In this document: positions 9,798 through 18,206 of the stretch, piece after piece | Position numbering within the stretch: the first letter of the stretch is position 1 | How the letters are laid out: each line of letters begins with the position of its first letter | DNA from: Rickettsia typhi | GTDB lineage: Bacteria; Pseudomonadota; Alphaproteobacteria; Rickettsiales; UBA1997 | DNA: 64,000 bases | Assembly: GCA_945865905.1 (NCBI GenBank) | Contig: CAMBFC010000002.1 | Coordinates: forward strand, 119,505 to 183,504 | Direction of reading: 5' to 3' | Notes under the pieces: generated by a model | Databases searched by the model: none | Told to the model about the DNA's origin: nothing | What the model saw: the letters and a program-made list of their open reading frames with translations, nothing else | Program-made: the position numbers and the translations under genes

Positions 9798-10262
9798 TTA
9801 ATTGCCCTTAACCACATCAATAAAATCGCGCAAAATCACGCTAGCCGCAATATCATCAAAATGTTTCTGTTTTTTGCGCGAAGATATAGAATGCGATATT
9901 TCCTTTGCCTCAAAACTTGTCAACCTTTCATCAGCAAAAAAAATCTGCACCGATCCACCAAGAAATTTATCTAGTTCATCAGCAAATTTTTGAGTAAATC
10001 GCGACATTTCGTTAAAAGTACCATCCATATTGATTGGAAAGCCCATCACAATTGCAATCGCCCTCTCTTCTTTAAAAATATGAGCAATTTCGGCAAAATC
10101 CTTCTCGTTGCTTTGTCGATTGATAATTTTTTTTGGCGTTGCAAGAAAGCGCAATTCATCACAAACTGCTATGCCTAGGCGCTTGGTGCCAACATCTATA
10201 GCAAGCAATTTGCCTTGACTTGGCATGGATTTGTGGAATAATGCGTGATCTTTTATAATCAT
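9798..10262 (-). CDS. ruvX: YqgF/RuvX family pre-16S rRNA nuclease
   Basis: LAIDVGTKRLGIA, VMGFP, DERLTS, DDIAASVIL. Start reassigned to ATG 10262. Confidence 0.92.
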   Translation of the reverse strand: MIIKDHALFHKSMPSQGKLLAIDVGTKRLGIAVCDELRFLATPKKIINRQSNEKDFAEIAHIFKEERAIAIVMGFPINMDGTFNEMSRFTQKFADELDKFLGGSVQIFFADERLTSFEAKEISHSISSRKKQKHFDDIAASVILRDFIDVVKGN

Positions 10263-10302
10263 TTTTACTAAAATTAAAAATAGGATTTTACTATAAAACC
10301 AT

Positions 10303-10593
10303 ATGACACAACTTACCAACGAAGATATCAAGAAAATCGCAAAATTAGCTTGCATTGAAGTAAGCGAAGATGATTGCAAAACCCTAACCGCGCAAGTTGG
10401 TGGCACAATATCTTGGATCGAACAGCTCAACGAAGCCAATACTGATGGGGTTGAGCCACTCACTAGCGTGCATCAAGATAGTCTGCGCTTAATGCCTGAT
10501 ATAATCTCTGACGGCAATATTGCTGACGATATTTTGCGCAACACAAAAAATGCAAAATATAATTATTTCTCCGTTCCCAAAGTTATAGAATAA
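10303..10593 (+). CDS. gatC: Asp/Glu-tRNA amidotransferase subunit C
   Basis: IAKLACI, IEQLNEANTDGVEPL, YFSVPKVIE. Confidence 0.93.
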   Translation: MTQLTNEDIKKIAKLACIEVSEDDCKTLTAQVGGTISWIEQLNEANTDGVEPLTSVHQDSLRLMPDIISDGNIADDILRNTKNAKYNYFSVPKVIE

Positions 10594-10601
10594 ACAATTC
10601 C

Positions 10602-11276
10602 GTGAATCAGACGCAATTAATTTTTGATTTTTCAACAAAGCAAAATCAGGCTAATTTTAGAGAAGAGGATTTTGTTTTTTCTGCTGAAAACAAAAATGCT
10701 GTCGATTTTTTACAAAAATTCTTCGATCAAAAATCATTCGCTAAAAATACTATTCCATCCTTTATTCTCAATGGTGAACATGGTTGCGGAAAAACACATC
10801 TTTTGCATATTTTTGCACAAAAATTTCATGCGGTTTTTTTGCAAAAAGATGAATTAAATGATATAAAGTCACCAACATTTTTTGCTGAAAATAGTTTTTA
10901 TATTCTTGAAAATATTGATGAAATAAAAAATGATGAAACCCTGCTGCAGATAATAAATTCGGCAGCAGAGGCAGGTGCATTTTTGATTTTAAGCGCAGTG
11001 AATTTAGATGATTTTACATTGCGCGATTTAGTTTCGCGTATTAAAAATATTTTTACCGTTGAGATAAAAAATCCTCAACCAAATTTGATAAAAATATTGC
11101 TTTCACAAGGGCTATCGCGGCGACAATTAAAAATTAGTGATGAAGTTGTAGAGTTTTTATCCAACAGCTTAAGGCATAGCTATACAGCGATTCGCGATGC
11201 CTTAAAGATGATCGAGTTTCACTGCCACGAGAATAAGAAAAACTTCACGCTGGCAGAGGCAAAAAAACTGCTTTAG
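10602..11276 (+). CDS. hda: DnaA-related regulatory protein (Hda/HdaA-like)
   Basis: QLIFDF N-terminal clamp-binding-like motif, EEDFVFS..NKNA, Walker A GEHGCGKTHL, DLVSRI. Confidence 0.8.
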   Translation: MNQTQLIFDFSTKQNQANFREEDFVFSAENKNAVDFLQKFFDQKSFAKNTIPSFILNGEHGCGKTHLLHIFAQKFHAVFLQKDELNDIKSPTFFAENSFYILENIDEIKNDETLLQIINSAAEAGAFLILSAVNLDDFTLRDLVSRIKNIFTVEIKNPQPNLIKILLSQGLSRRQLKISDEVVEFLSNSLRHSYTAIRDALKMIEFHCHENKKNFTLAEAKKLL

Positions 11277-11336
11277 TATTTTTTTTGATATTGATTTCTT
11301 TGCTCCAGTATCTCTCAAATATTGCATAATAAATAA

Positions 11337-14300
11337 TTACCACATCATTGCGTCGGCTGTGGCTTTTTTTTCATAAGCAGCCTTCTTATCCGCATCGCTC
11401 GCACCTTCTGCAGGCTTTTCTGGTGCCGCCGAAGCTTGCGAGAAACTTTGAGCCTTGTCATCCGCAACCGGCATAGCATCTGGCGCGCGATTACTAGTTG
11501 GCTCCGGTTTATCAGCAGCCACTGCTGCATCTGGCGGCGTTGCATCTGGGGCCTTAGGAGATAAAGAAGGCCTCTGACCACTACCCTGATAACCCTTCTG
11601 GGCCAGTTTATTCTCAGCCCTTGAAGCAACCGCTTTCGCAGCCGCCCCACCATGCTTGATCATGCCGCGCGTAGCCCTCTCCTGAATAGCATTGAGCGCT
11701 CCAAATGATTTTTTGGCCATTGACATTGCAGACATTGAATTCGATTTTAACTCAGATCCACCAACTAATTTAGCTGCAAGTTCAGATATTTTATCGATAA
11801 ATCCAGCAAAAATAAACATTATAAAGGCAGATTTAATAATCGTATTCATTTTCTCTTTATTCATCGAAGTTAGCACCGGCAGGCCTATTCCTATTACTTC
11901 AAGACCACTAAAAGTTTTAAGATCTGCAACGCGAAAAATACAATAAATACTGGTATTTGCTGATTCAGAATTACAGACAATTGATTTTTGCGTGTTATGT
12001 CCATCACCATTGAAGGTTGCTTTACCAATTACAATATTGTCAAACAACGCAATATAAACTCCGAGATAGGCAAATAATATAACTGGCTGCAATGCTAATC
12101 CAAGAACCTGCTTCCACCATCCATCAAAAATGCCTTTAGTGCGCTCAAACATCGCCAGAGTGATCGTTATTGGCGATACATAAATGAGAATAACAATTGC
12201 TACCGAGGCCATCAAAAATATATGAATCGCCCGCATAGTAACAGATAGCATAAAAAAGGCGAACATAAAAGTTGCAACAAGGAACATGATTCCGAGGCCA
12301 CCAGTTAAAAATCCAGCAAAAATCATTTTGACAAGATTAGGAACTGATAATTCTGGCCCAAAACCTAGAGCACGCGCGAGCTTACAATCCAGCGTATCCC
12401 AAATTTTGAGATATTCTCTTCCTGGAGAATAGGCTGGATTATCATATTTTGTTGCCTCATTTTGATCGGCATAATTAAAGCGCGGAAATTGACAGCCGTC
12501 TTTTTTGTTTTCAGGGGCATTAGGATCGTCAATCCGCATCATAATATCGGAAATATAATTTGAGGATCCTAAAATACCATCAACAAAACCAAACTGCCAG
12601 CCAGTTCCTACTGCAAAATACATCACTAGACCTATTTTAAGAATATACATCAATAATTGCTTCTTGCTGAGCGGACTTGCACCGAGAAGCACCATAGCTC
12701 CCAACAAAGTAATCGAAATAGTCAGCGCTATTTTTATTATGTCTCTGAGACCGTTTTGAATTTTAACAAAAAATGAAGAGGTTGCCGCTAAAGGTTGATC
12801 TTTTTTATAAAGATATCCACTTGAGCAAAAATCATGCGACGCCGTCTCATCGGGATTTTTGCATTTAGTATCGCCAGCTCTATTCAATAAAGCATTTTCG
12901 ATACTTTCTTTGAAGCACTGAACCAGAGGCGCTGCAAAACCACGACTGCTTATTGGCAATAAATCTGCGCTATATGAATAAACATTTTGGCTATCTCCTT
13001 TTAAGTTTTTGCAAGCGGCAGAAATATATGCGCCCTCTAAGCTGCTCATCCTAACATATGGCATCACTGGAATTTTTACGCAATGTTTTCTGTATTGGCA
13101 AAAATTTTCTATATCATTGGTTACAGCGCCACCAGGATCTGTTATATATTTTCCAACTTCTGTTCCGCCGCCAAGAAGATGATTGTAAGGGCATACGGAG
13201 TAAGTTTTGGCACAAATAAAATTAGAGGCTTTCTTTGAGCTGTATGTTTCAAATATTATACCAGCAACCGAGCATTTAGAATTAAGTTCACAAAAAGTAC
13301 TATCGTAAGAGCCTTGAATGCTTCCCATTGCCATTGGGGCATTTTCAATACAGATTGTTTCTTGACTTCGTCGCTTGCAACATTCATAGGCGTCACTAGC
13401 TGAAGGATCAGAACCCGCTTCTAAAATAAAGCGATGACAAGCATAGTTTGAAGCGCCTCCGGGCCCAGTCATATAATATCTTTGAGCGTTACTAGTATAG
13501 CCAAGATTTTTTAACCTATGTGCGGCATCCCATCCTGTAGGGTTATTACAAGATCCACCGCCCTCATCCTCTTTCTCTTCTCCAGCATAAAGATATTCAC
13601 GAAAATATTTATTTTTTATAGTAAGGGCATTAGCTGCAAAACCACCTTCTCCACTATAGCCACAGCTATTATAGACAACATCATTGCTATTTCGAGGTTG
13701 ATGCCCAACAAAAATATCTTCAACACAATATTGCCTAGAGCCCGGATAAACTCCGAGACGCCATCTTGTTTTTGTTAATCCGCTATCAAAATCACCGTTA
13801 TCATCAACTTGTTTCCAAGAATTCCAATCATATCCGCAAATTCTTGCACTTTCATAAGCACCTTTTGCCGAAGCATAAATTATAGCAAGAGCAGCTACGC
13901 CCAAAGCAACAGCAGCGGCATAAGCGGCATAAGCTGTACAGCATCTTGTTTGATCAAGCGTTGCTTTTCCAACCTCTATTGAAATTGGAATGCACATAGT
14001 CGCTGAGGCACCAAGGGTAGCGGTAGCCTGCGCCATACATGCAGTCATAGCTGATGTAAGCAATGTAAGCTCCCCAGCTCTGGTCGTACAATAAGTAATT
14101 CTTGCTGTAAGCTTGACAAGTGTGATTGGTGTTATGAACGGGGTATCTGGAGCAGACGCTTCTTGCGCCGCTTCTACAGATGCTTTTGGTTGGCCATAAG
14201 TGTTGGTTGGCCTGCACATTGCGGCCACAACATAACCAGCCCCCATTATCAACAGACCCTGAATTGCAATAAAAGAAAGACAAATTGGATTATCTAGCTT

Positions 14301-14498
14301 CCATTCAATATCTTTATTGGATCCAAAAGGATTGAAGTCAAATGAGCCAGTGCTACACATGTGACTACTCTCTGAATAGCCAGTCGACCTATCGCCATCA
14401 TAAATCGCATAGCTATCTTGCACTTGTAAAAAAAATGACGCAACTAAAACCAGAGAGATAAAATTAGCAACCTGTCTTTTTAAAATCGCTTTTAGCAT
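11337..14498 (-). CDS. virB6: Giant VirB6/TrbL family T4SS protein (RvhB6 type)
   Basis: Signal peptide, Cys-rich N-terminal region, YLKIWDTLDCK, multi-TM core with VSPITITLAMFERTKGIFDGWWKQVLGLALQP, low-complexity Ala/Pro/Asp tail. Confidence 0.88.
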   Translation of the reverse strand: MLKAILKRQVANFISLVLVASFFLQVQDSYAIYDGDRSTGYSESSHMCSTGSFDFNPFGSNKDIEWKLDNPICLSFIAIQGLLIMGAGYVVAAMCRPTNTYGQPKASVEAAQEASAPDTPFITPITLVKLTARITYCTTRAGELTLLTSAMTACMAQATATLGASATMCIPISIEVGKATLDQTRCCTAYAAYAAAVALGVAALAIIYASAKGAYESARICGYDWNSWKQVDDNGDFDSGLTKTRWRLGVYPGSRQYCVEDIFVGHQPRNSNDVVYNSCGYSGEGGFAANALTIKNKYFREYLYAGEEKEDEGGGSCNNPTGWDAAHRLKNLGYTSNAQRYYMTGPGGASNYACHRFILEAGSDPSASDAYECCKRRSQETICIENAPMAMGSIQGSYDSTFCELNSKCSVAGIIFETYSSKKASNFICAKTYSVCPYNHLLGGGTEVGKYITDPGGAVTNDIENFCQYRKHCVKIPVMPYVRMSSLEGAYISAACKNLKGDSQNVYSYSADLLPISSRGFAAPLVQCFKESIENALLNRAGDTKCKNPDETASHDFCSSGYLYKKDQPLAATSSFFVKIQNGLRDIIKIALTISITLLGAMVLLGASPLSKKQLLMYILKIGLVMYFAVGTGWQFGFVDGILGSSNYISDIMMRIDDPNAPENKKDGCQFPRFNYADQNEATKYDNPAYSPGREYLKIWDTLDCKLARALGFGPELSVPNLVKMIFAGFLTGGLGIMFLVATFMFAFFMLSVTMRAIHIFLMASVAIVILIYVSPITITLAMFERTKGIFDGWWKQVLGLALQPVILFAYLGVYIALFDNIVIGKATFNGDGHNTQKSIVCNSESANTSIYCIFRVADLKTFSGLEVIGIGLPVLTSMNKEKMNTIIKSAFIMFIFAGFIDKISELAAKLVGGSELKSNSMSAMSMAKKSFGALNAIQERATRGMIKHGGAAAKAVASRAENKLAQKGYQGSGQRPSLSPKAPDATPPDAAVAADKPEPTSNRAPDAMPVADDKAQSFSQASAAPEKPAEGASDADKKAAYEKKATADAMMW

Positions 14499-14570
14499 TA
14501 AGATTTAAATAGCGCTATTATTTTATTAACTGCATCTTTTTTTATTTTAAGTGATGCTCGGCTTACAATC

Positions 14571-14622
14571 AAAGTTTTTTATGTAACGGCAGCGCTTGTA
14601 TTTAAAAGTTTTTTATGTAACG
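14571..14622. repeat. 18-bp direct repeat duplicating the last codons of the porin gene
   Basis: aaagttttttatgtaacg at 14571-14588 and 14605-14622. Confidence 0.85.
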
Positions 14623-15819
14623 CACCAAAACCCCAAAGGTATTTTTTGTATCAATAACAAAATGATTATCTGTGCGTAAATTTCTATAAGCAGTTTGAAT
14701 AACCAAGCTATCAAAGAAAGCATTTTTATCAAAACGATAACCCGCAGAAATTTCTGCCATATTTTGATCAAAGCCATTTTGACCAAGATTAAAACTTTGG
14801 CGACTGCCATAAGCAGTGGTTATGTTCCAATTTTGAAAAATATTTCCTACTAAGCTTGAGTTAAAATATCTATCACCCAAATTAGAATTTCCACCAACAT
14901 TTTTCATTGAAACATATTCTGCCAAACCATTTAAATTAAAATCTTGCGAAAATGGATATTGATAATTCATCGCCGCAGAAAAACCTTTTTGATCACCAAT
15001 TTTAGATGGCGGCACGGCAGTAGCAAGGCTATTTACCGCAAGATCAATATAGGCAAAACGATAAAATAATTTTTCATCAGCAGCAAAGTCAAACGAAACA
15101 TCAAGCGAGGCAACATATGATTTTAAAGACCTAGTATCGCCCGGAAGTGCATCGGTCTTGGCCGCAGAGACTCTATTGTTGATAATAGAATTGTCTAAAT
15201 TTTTGCGATCATTGGTAAAAAAACTTAAGCCAAGCTCGTATTTTCCAACAGTTTTAGCGTTGCCCGATTTAACAACGCCTCCAGCTCCTAGTTTTTCTGT
15301 TTGCGAATAATTATTTGCGATTATATCGGTCCACATGCCTCGCGTATTGTTATAATCAAATTGCTCTTGATTATTTGTGGTATAATCCATCCAGTTATTG
15401 CGGCCGTTGCGCCAAGCAATGCCAAAAAATGGGCGAAATTTTCCAACAAAAAGCATCATATCGCGATCATTATAACCAAGCCTAATCTCGCGCAAATAGG
15501 CGCCCTCGCCTCCGTAGTTTTTATCATCAACATTTTGCTGTTTTAGTTGCTCGGCACGAAAATTTACCTCTAAAAACCATTTTTGATTTAAGGTAGCATT
15601 TGAAATAAAGTTAAATTTTGCCGCAGAATTAAGATATTGGTCGGCAGAATTAGTGGCTTGATAATCTTTGCTAGTGATATTTTCTGCGCGCAATTGGGCA
15701 ATAACCTTTAAGGCTGGCTCGGGAGGATCTGTTATTATTCTGGGATCTCGCACAAACCCCGATGCAAAAGAGTTGATCGGCAAAAGTAAGGCAAGAAAAA
15801 ATAAAAAATATTTTTTCAT
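14602..15819 (-). CDS. Outer-membrane beta-barrel (porin-like)
   Basis: Signal peptide, alternating beta strands, C-terminal VLVRYIKNF ending in Phe. Confidence 0.7.
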   Translation of the reverse strand: MKKYFLFFLALLLPINSFASGFVRDPRIITDPPEPALKVIAQLRAENITSKDYQATNSADQYLNSAAKFNFISNATLNQKWFLEVNFRAEQLKQQNVDDKNYGGEGAYLREIRLGYNDRDMMLFVGKFRPFFGIAWRNGRNNWMDYTTNNQEQFDYNNTRGMWTDIIANNYSQTEKLGAGGVVKSGNAKTVGKYELGLSFFTNDRKNLDNSIINNRVSAAKTDALPGDTRSLKSYVASLDVSFDFAADEKLFYRFAYIDLAVNSLATAVPPSKIGDQKGFSAAMNYQYPFSQDFNLNGLAEYVSMKNVGGNSNLGDRYFNSSLVGNIFQNWNITTAYGSRQSFNLGQNGFDQNMAEISAGYRFDKNAFFDSLVIQTAYRNLRTDNHFVIDTKNTFGVLVRYIKNF

Positions 15820-15861
15820 TTTATTAAAAATTTAAACAAAATAATAATGAATTTTATGTTA

Positions 15862-15870
15862 TTATCCACA
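15862..15870 (+). promoter_or_regulatory. Consensus DnaA box
   Basis: TTATCCACA exact match in the divergent porin/TauE intergenic region, flanked by an 11-bp inverted repeat (15835-15845, 15881-15891). Confidence 0.4.
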
Positions 15871-15994
15871 TAATAATCATATTATTTTGTTCGCCCAACT
15901 TATTTTCTAAATTTCTACTTTAGAATTAAAATTTTTACCACTAAATTCCTATATCTTAACAAGATCTTGTGCGCCACAATTTCATCAATTATTT

Positions 15995-16705
15995 ATGCCG
16001 ATTCCGCTTTTAATTGCGCTATTTTTTTCTATTGGGTTTTTTATCGAAAGCATTATTGGTTTTGGTGGCGGTCTAATTACCTATTCGATCCTTGGATTTT
16101 TTATGGATGTCAAAACAATGGTAATTATTGGGCTTTATATAGGAAGCTGTTCTAGTGTTTATATTTTTATCACGGATCATCAATCTTTCTCTAAAAAAAT
16201 ATTTTTTCAAAGCATGCCGATTTGCTTTTTGGGAACAATGATCGGCTCTCTAATTTTTAGCAATATCGATTCACAAACCATGCTGACACTATTTGGCGCC
16301 TTTGCTATTATACTATCTGCTAAGGTTATTTTTTTTGATAAAATAAAATTTCCAACTTTATTTAAAAACGGATTATTGTTAACTGGCGGCATCTCTACTG
16401 GTTTATTTGGCATTGGCGGCCCATTTATCGTCAACGCCCTAAAAGATACTTTTAAAGGCAAATCAGAGCTTCGCAGCACCATGGCAGGCATTTTTGTTGC
16501 AATGAACATGGTGCGAATCATTCAACTCTCAATACAAGGAGAAATTCACTTAGAATTTTTTGCAGACACTTGGTGGACTATAATCCCAGTATTAATCGCC
16601 ATTTATTTTGGTTATAAAGCGCATCTTAAAATCAGCGAAGTATTCTTCAAAAAAATGGTCGGCGCCATGACGCTATTCTCAGGAATCGTATTTTTATTTA
16701 AATAA
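15995..16705 (+). CDS. TauE/SafE (TSUP) family exporter
   Basis: IIGFGGGL and GLFGIGGP repeats, hydrophobic throughout. Confidence 0.85.
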   Translation: MPIPLLIALFFSIGFFIESIIGFGGGLITYSILGFFMDVKTMVIIGLYIGSCSSVYIFITDHQSFSKKIFFQSMPICFLGTMIGSLIFSNIDSQTMLTLFGAFAIILSAKVIFFDKIKFPTLFKNGLLLTGGISTGLFGIGGPFIVNALKDTFKGKSELRSTMAGIFVAMNMVRIIQLSIQGEIHLEFFADTWWTIIPVLIAIYFGYKAHLKISEVFFKKMVGAMTLFSGIVFLFK

Positions 16706-16731
16706 AAAACCCAACACATCCGTTCGTTCCC

Positions 16732-17412
16732 CTACCGATCCAACTCCCGAGAAAGCGCATTCATCAATTGCAGCGAAAAATTATTAGCCCGCTCAACAAA
16801 TTGATTAATTTTATTCGAAAATATATTATAAAAAAACACCGCCGGAATCGCCGCAAATAAACCAATCCCTGTTGCAAGCAAAGCCTCTGCAATGCCCGGA
16901 GCCACCACCGCAAGACTAGTATTTTTTGAAACAGCTATCCCCTGAAACGAGCTCATAATCCCCCAAACTGTTCCAAAAAGCCCGACAAAAGGCGCTACCG
17001 AACCAATAATCGCCAAAAAATTTAATCCCGCCTCTAATTTTTGCATCGAGCGATTAGATGCCACCTGCATCGCAGCTGAAAGCCTTTCTTTGAGAGCGGC
17101 TTTTTTTTCAACACCTTCAGCAGTAATTTGTTTTACATTGTTGGTTTTCCATTCTTTCATGCAAGCAATGAAAATGCGGCTCAAAGGATGATTATCATTT
17201 TTTTTAGCCTCTCCATAAACATCTTCTAGCATTGCTTGTTCAAACACATTTTCAAAATTATCGCTACGAATTTTTAACAAACGAAACTTCATTATTTTAT
17301 CAAAAATAATCGCCCAAGACCACAAAGAAGCCGCAAACAACAAGAACATCACCAGCTGAACCACTGCATCAGCCTGAAAAATTAAATTGATTAGCGAAAC
17401 TGATTTTTCCAT
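16732..17412 (-). CDS. tolQ: TolQ (MotA/TolQ/ExbB family)
   Basis: SWAIIFDK, FLAIIGSVAPFVGLFGTVWGIM, SLAVVAPGIAEALLATGIGLFAAIPA. Confidence 0.93.
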   Translation of the reverse strand: MEKSVSLINLIFQADAVVQLVMFLLFAASLWSWAIIFDKIMKFRLLKIRSDNFENVFEQAMLEDVYGEAKKNDNHPLSRIFIACMKEWKTNNVKQITAEGVEKKAALKERLSAAMQVASNRSMQKLEAGLNFLAIIGSVAPFVGLFGTVWGIMSSFQGIAVSKNTSLAVVAPGIAEALLATGIGLFAAIPAVFFYNIFSNKINQFVERANNFSLQLMNALSRELDR

Positions 17413-17444
17413 ACAATTATTATTCTTTTAAAATAAAGAATGCT

Positions 17445-17975
17445 CTATTTTTTATTTCTTGTGATACCCTCTTCGATCAATTGGCGAGCCTTGGCAGCGC
17501 CTTCAAAACCAGTAACTTTAACCCATTTTCCTTTTTCTAAATCTTTATAATGCTCAAAAAAATGTTTGATTTTTGCAATCAAATTTTGCGGTAATTCTTC
17601 ATAAGATTCGATTGCTTCAAACTGCGAGTTTAATTTAAGCGCTGGCACTGCGATGATTTTTTCATCCATGCCTTTTTCATCTTCCATCATCAAAACACCA
17701 ACTGGTTTAACTGCCATAACCGCACCAGCAATCACTGGAAAATCAGAAACCACCAAAACATCACACGGATCACCATCGTCAGAAAGTGTGTGCGGCACAA
17801 ATCCATAGTTGCACGGATAATACATTGGCGTTGCAATAAATCGATCAACAAAAATTGCTCCAGATTCTTTATCCATTTCGTATTTAACTGGATCGGAAGA
17901 ATTCATTGATACTTCGATGATTGCGTTAACTTGATACGGCGCATTTTTGCCGATAGAAATTTTTGAGATATTCAT
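17445..17975 (-). CDS. ppa: Inorganic pyrophosphatase
   Basis: VKYEMDK, YPCNYGFVPHTLSDDGDPCDV, DEKGMDEKIIAVP. Start taken at ATG 17975. Confidence 0.96.
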   Translation of the reverse strand: MNISKISIGKNAPYQVNAIIEVSMNSSDPVKYEMDKESGAIFVDRFIATPMYYPCNYGFVPHTLSDDGDPCDVLVVSDFPVIAGAVMAVKPVGVLMMEDEKGMDEKIIAVPALKLNSQFEAIESYEELPQNLIAKIKHFFEHYKDLEKGKWVKVTGFEGAAKARQLIEEGITRNKK

Positions 17976-18206
17976 TTTGTAATATTTTAATGGATAAGAT
18001 AAAGCTAAAAACAAGTCGATATTTTAATAGAAATTTATTTTTTTACTAGCTTTTATTTGATAAAACTTTTAAATCGCAGGCCTTTAATTTGCAACCACCA
18101 TCATCAAAAAAATTGACTTTATAGAATTTTTTATTAACAACTAAGAAAAGGCATCTCTTCTCTTGATCAGATTTAAAATTAATTTACGGACTATTTATTT
18201 TTTATT

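Noticed and set aside
14508-14519. 12-bp perfect palindrome AATAGCGCTATT just upstream of virB6
   Set aside because: Single short AT-rich palindrome with no second copy near the other virB6 start; chance cannot be excluded.
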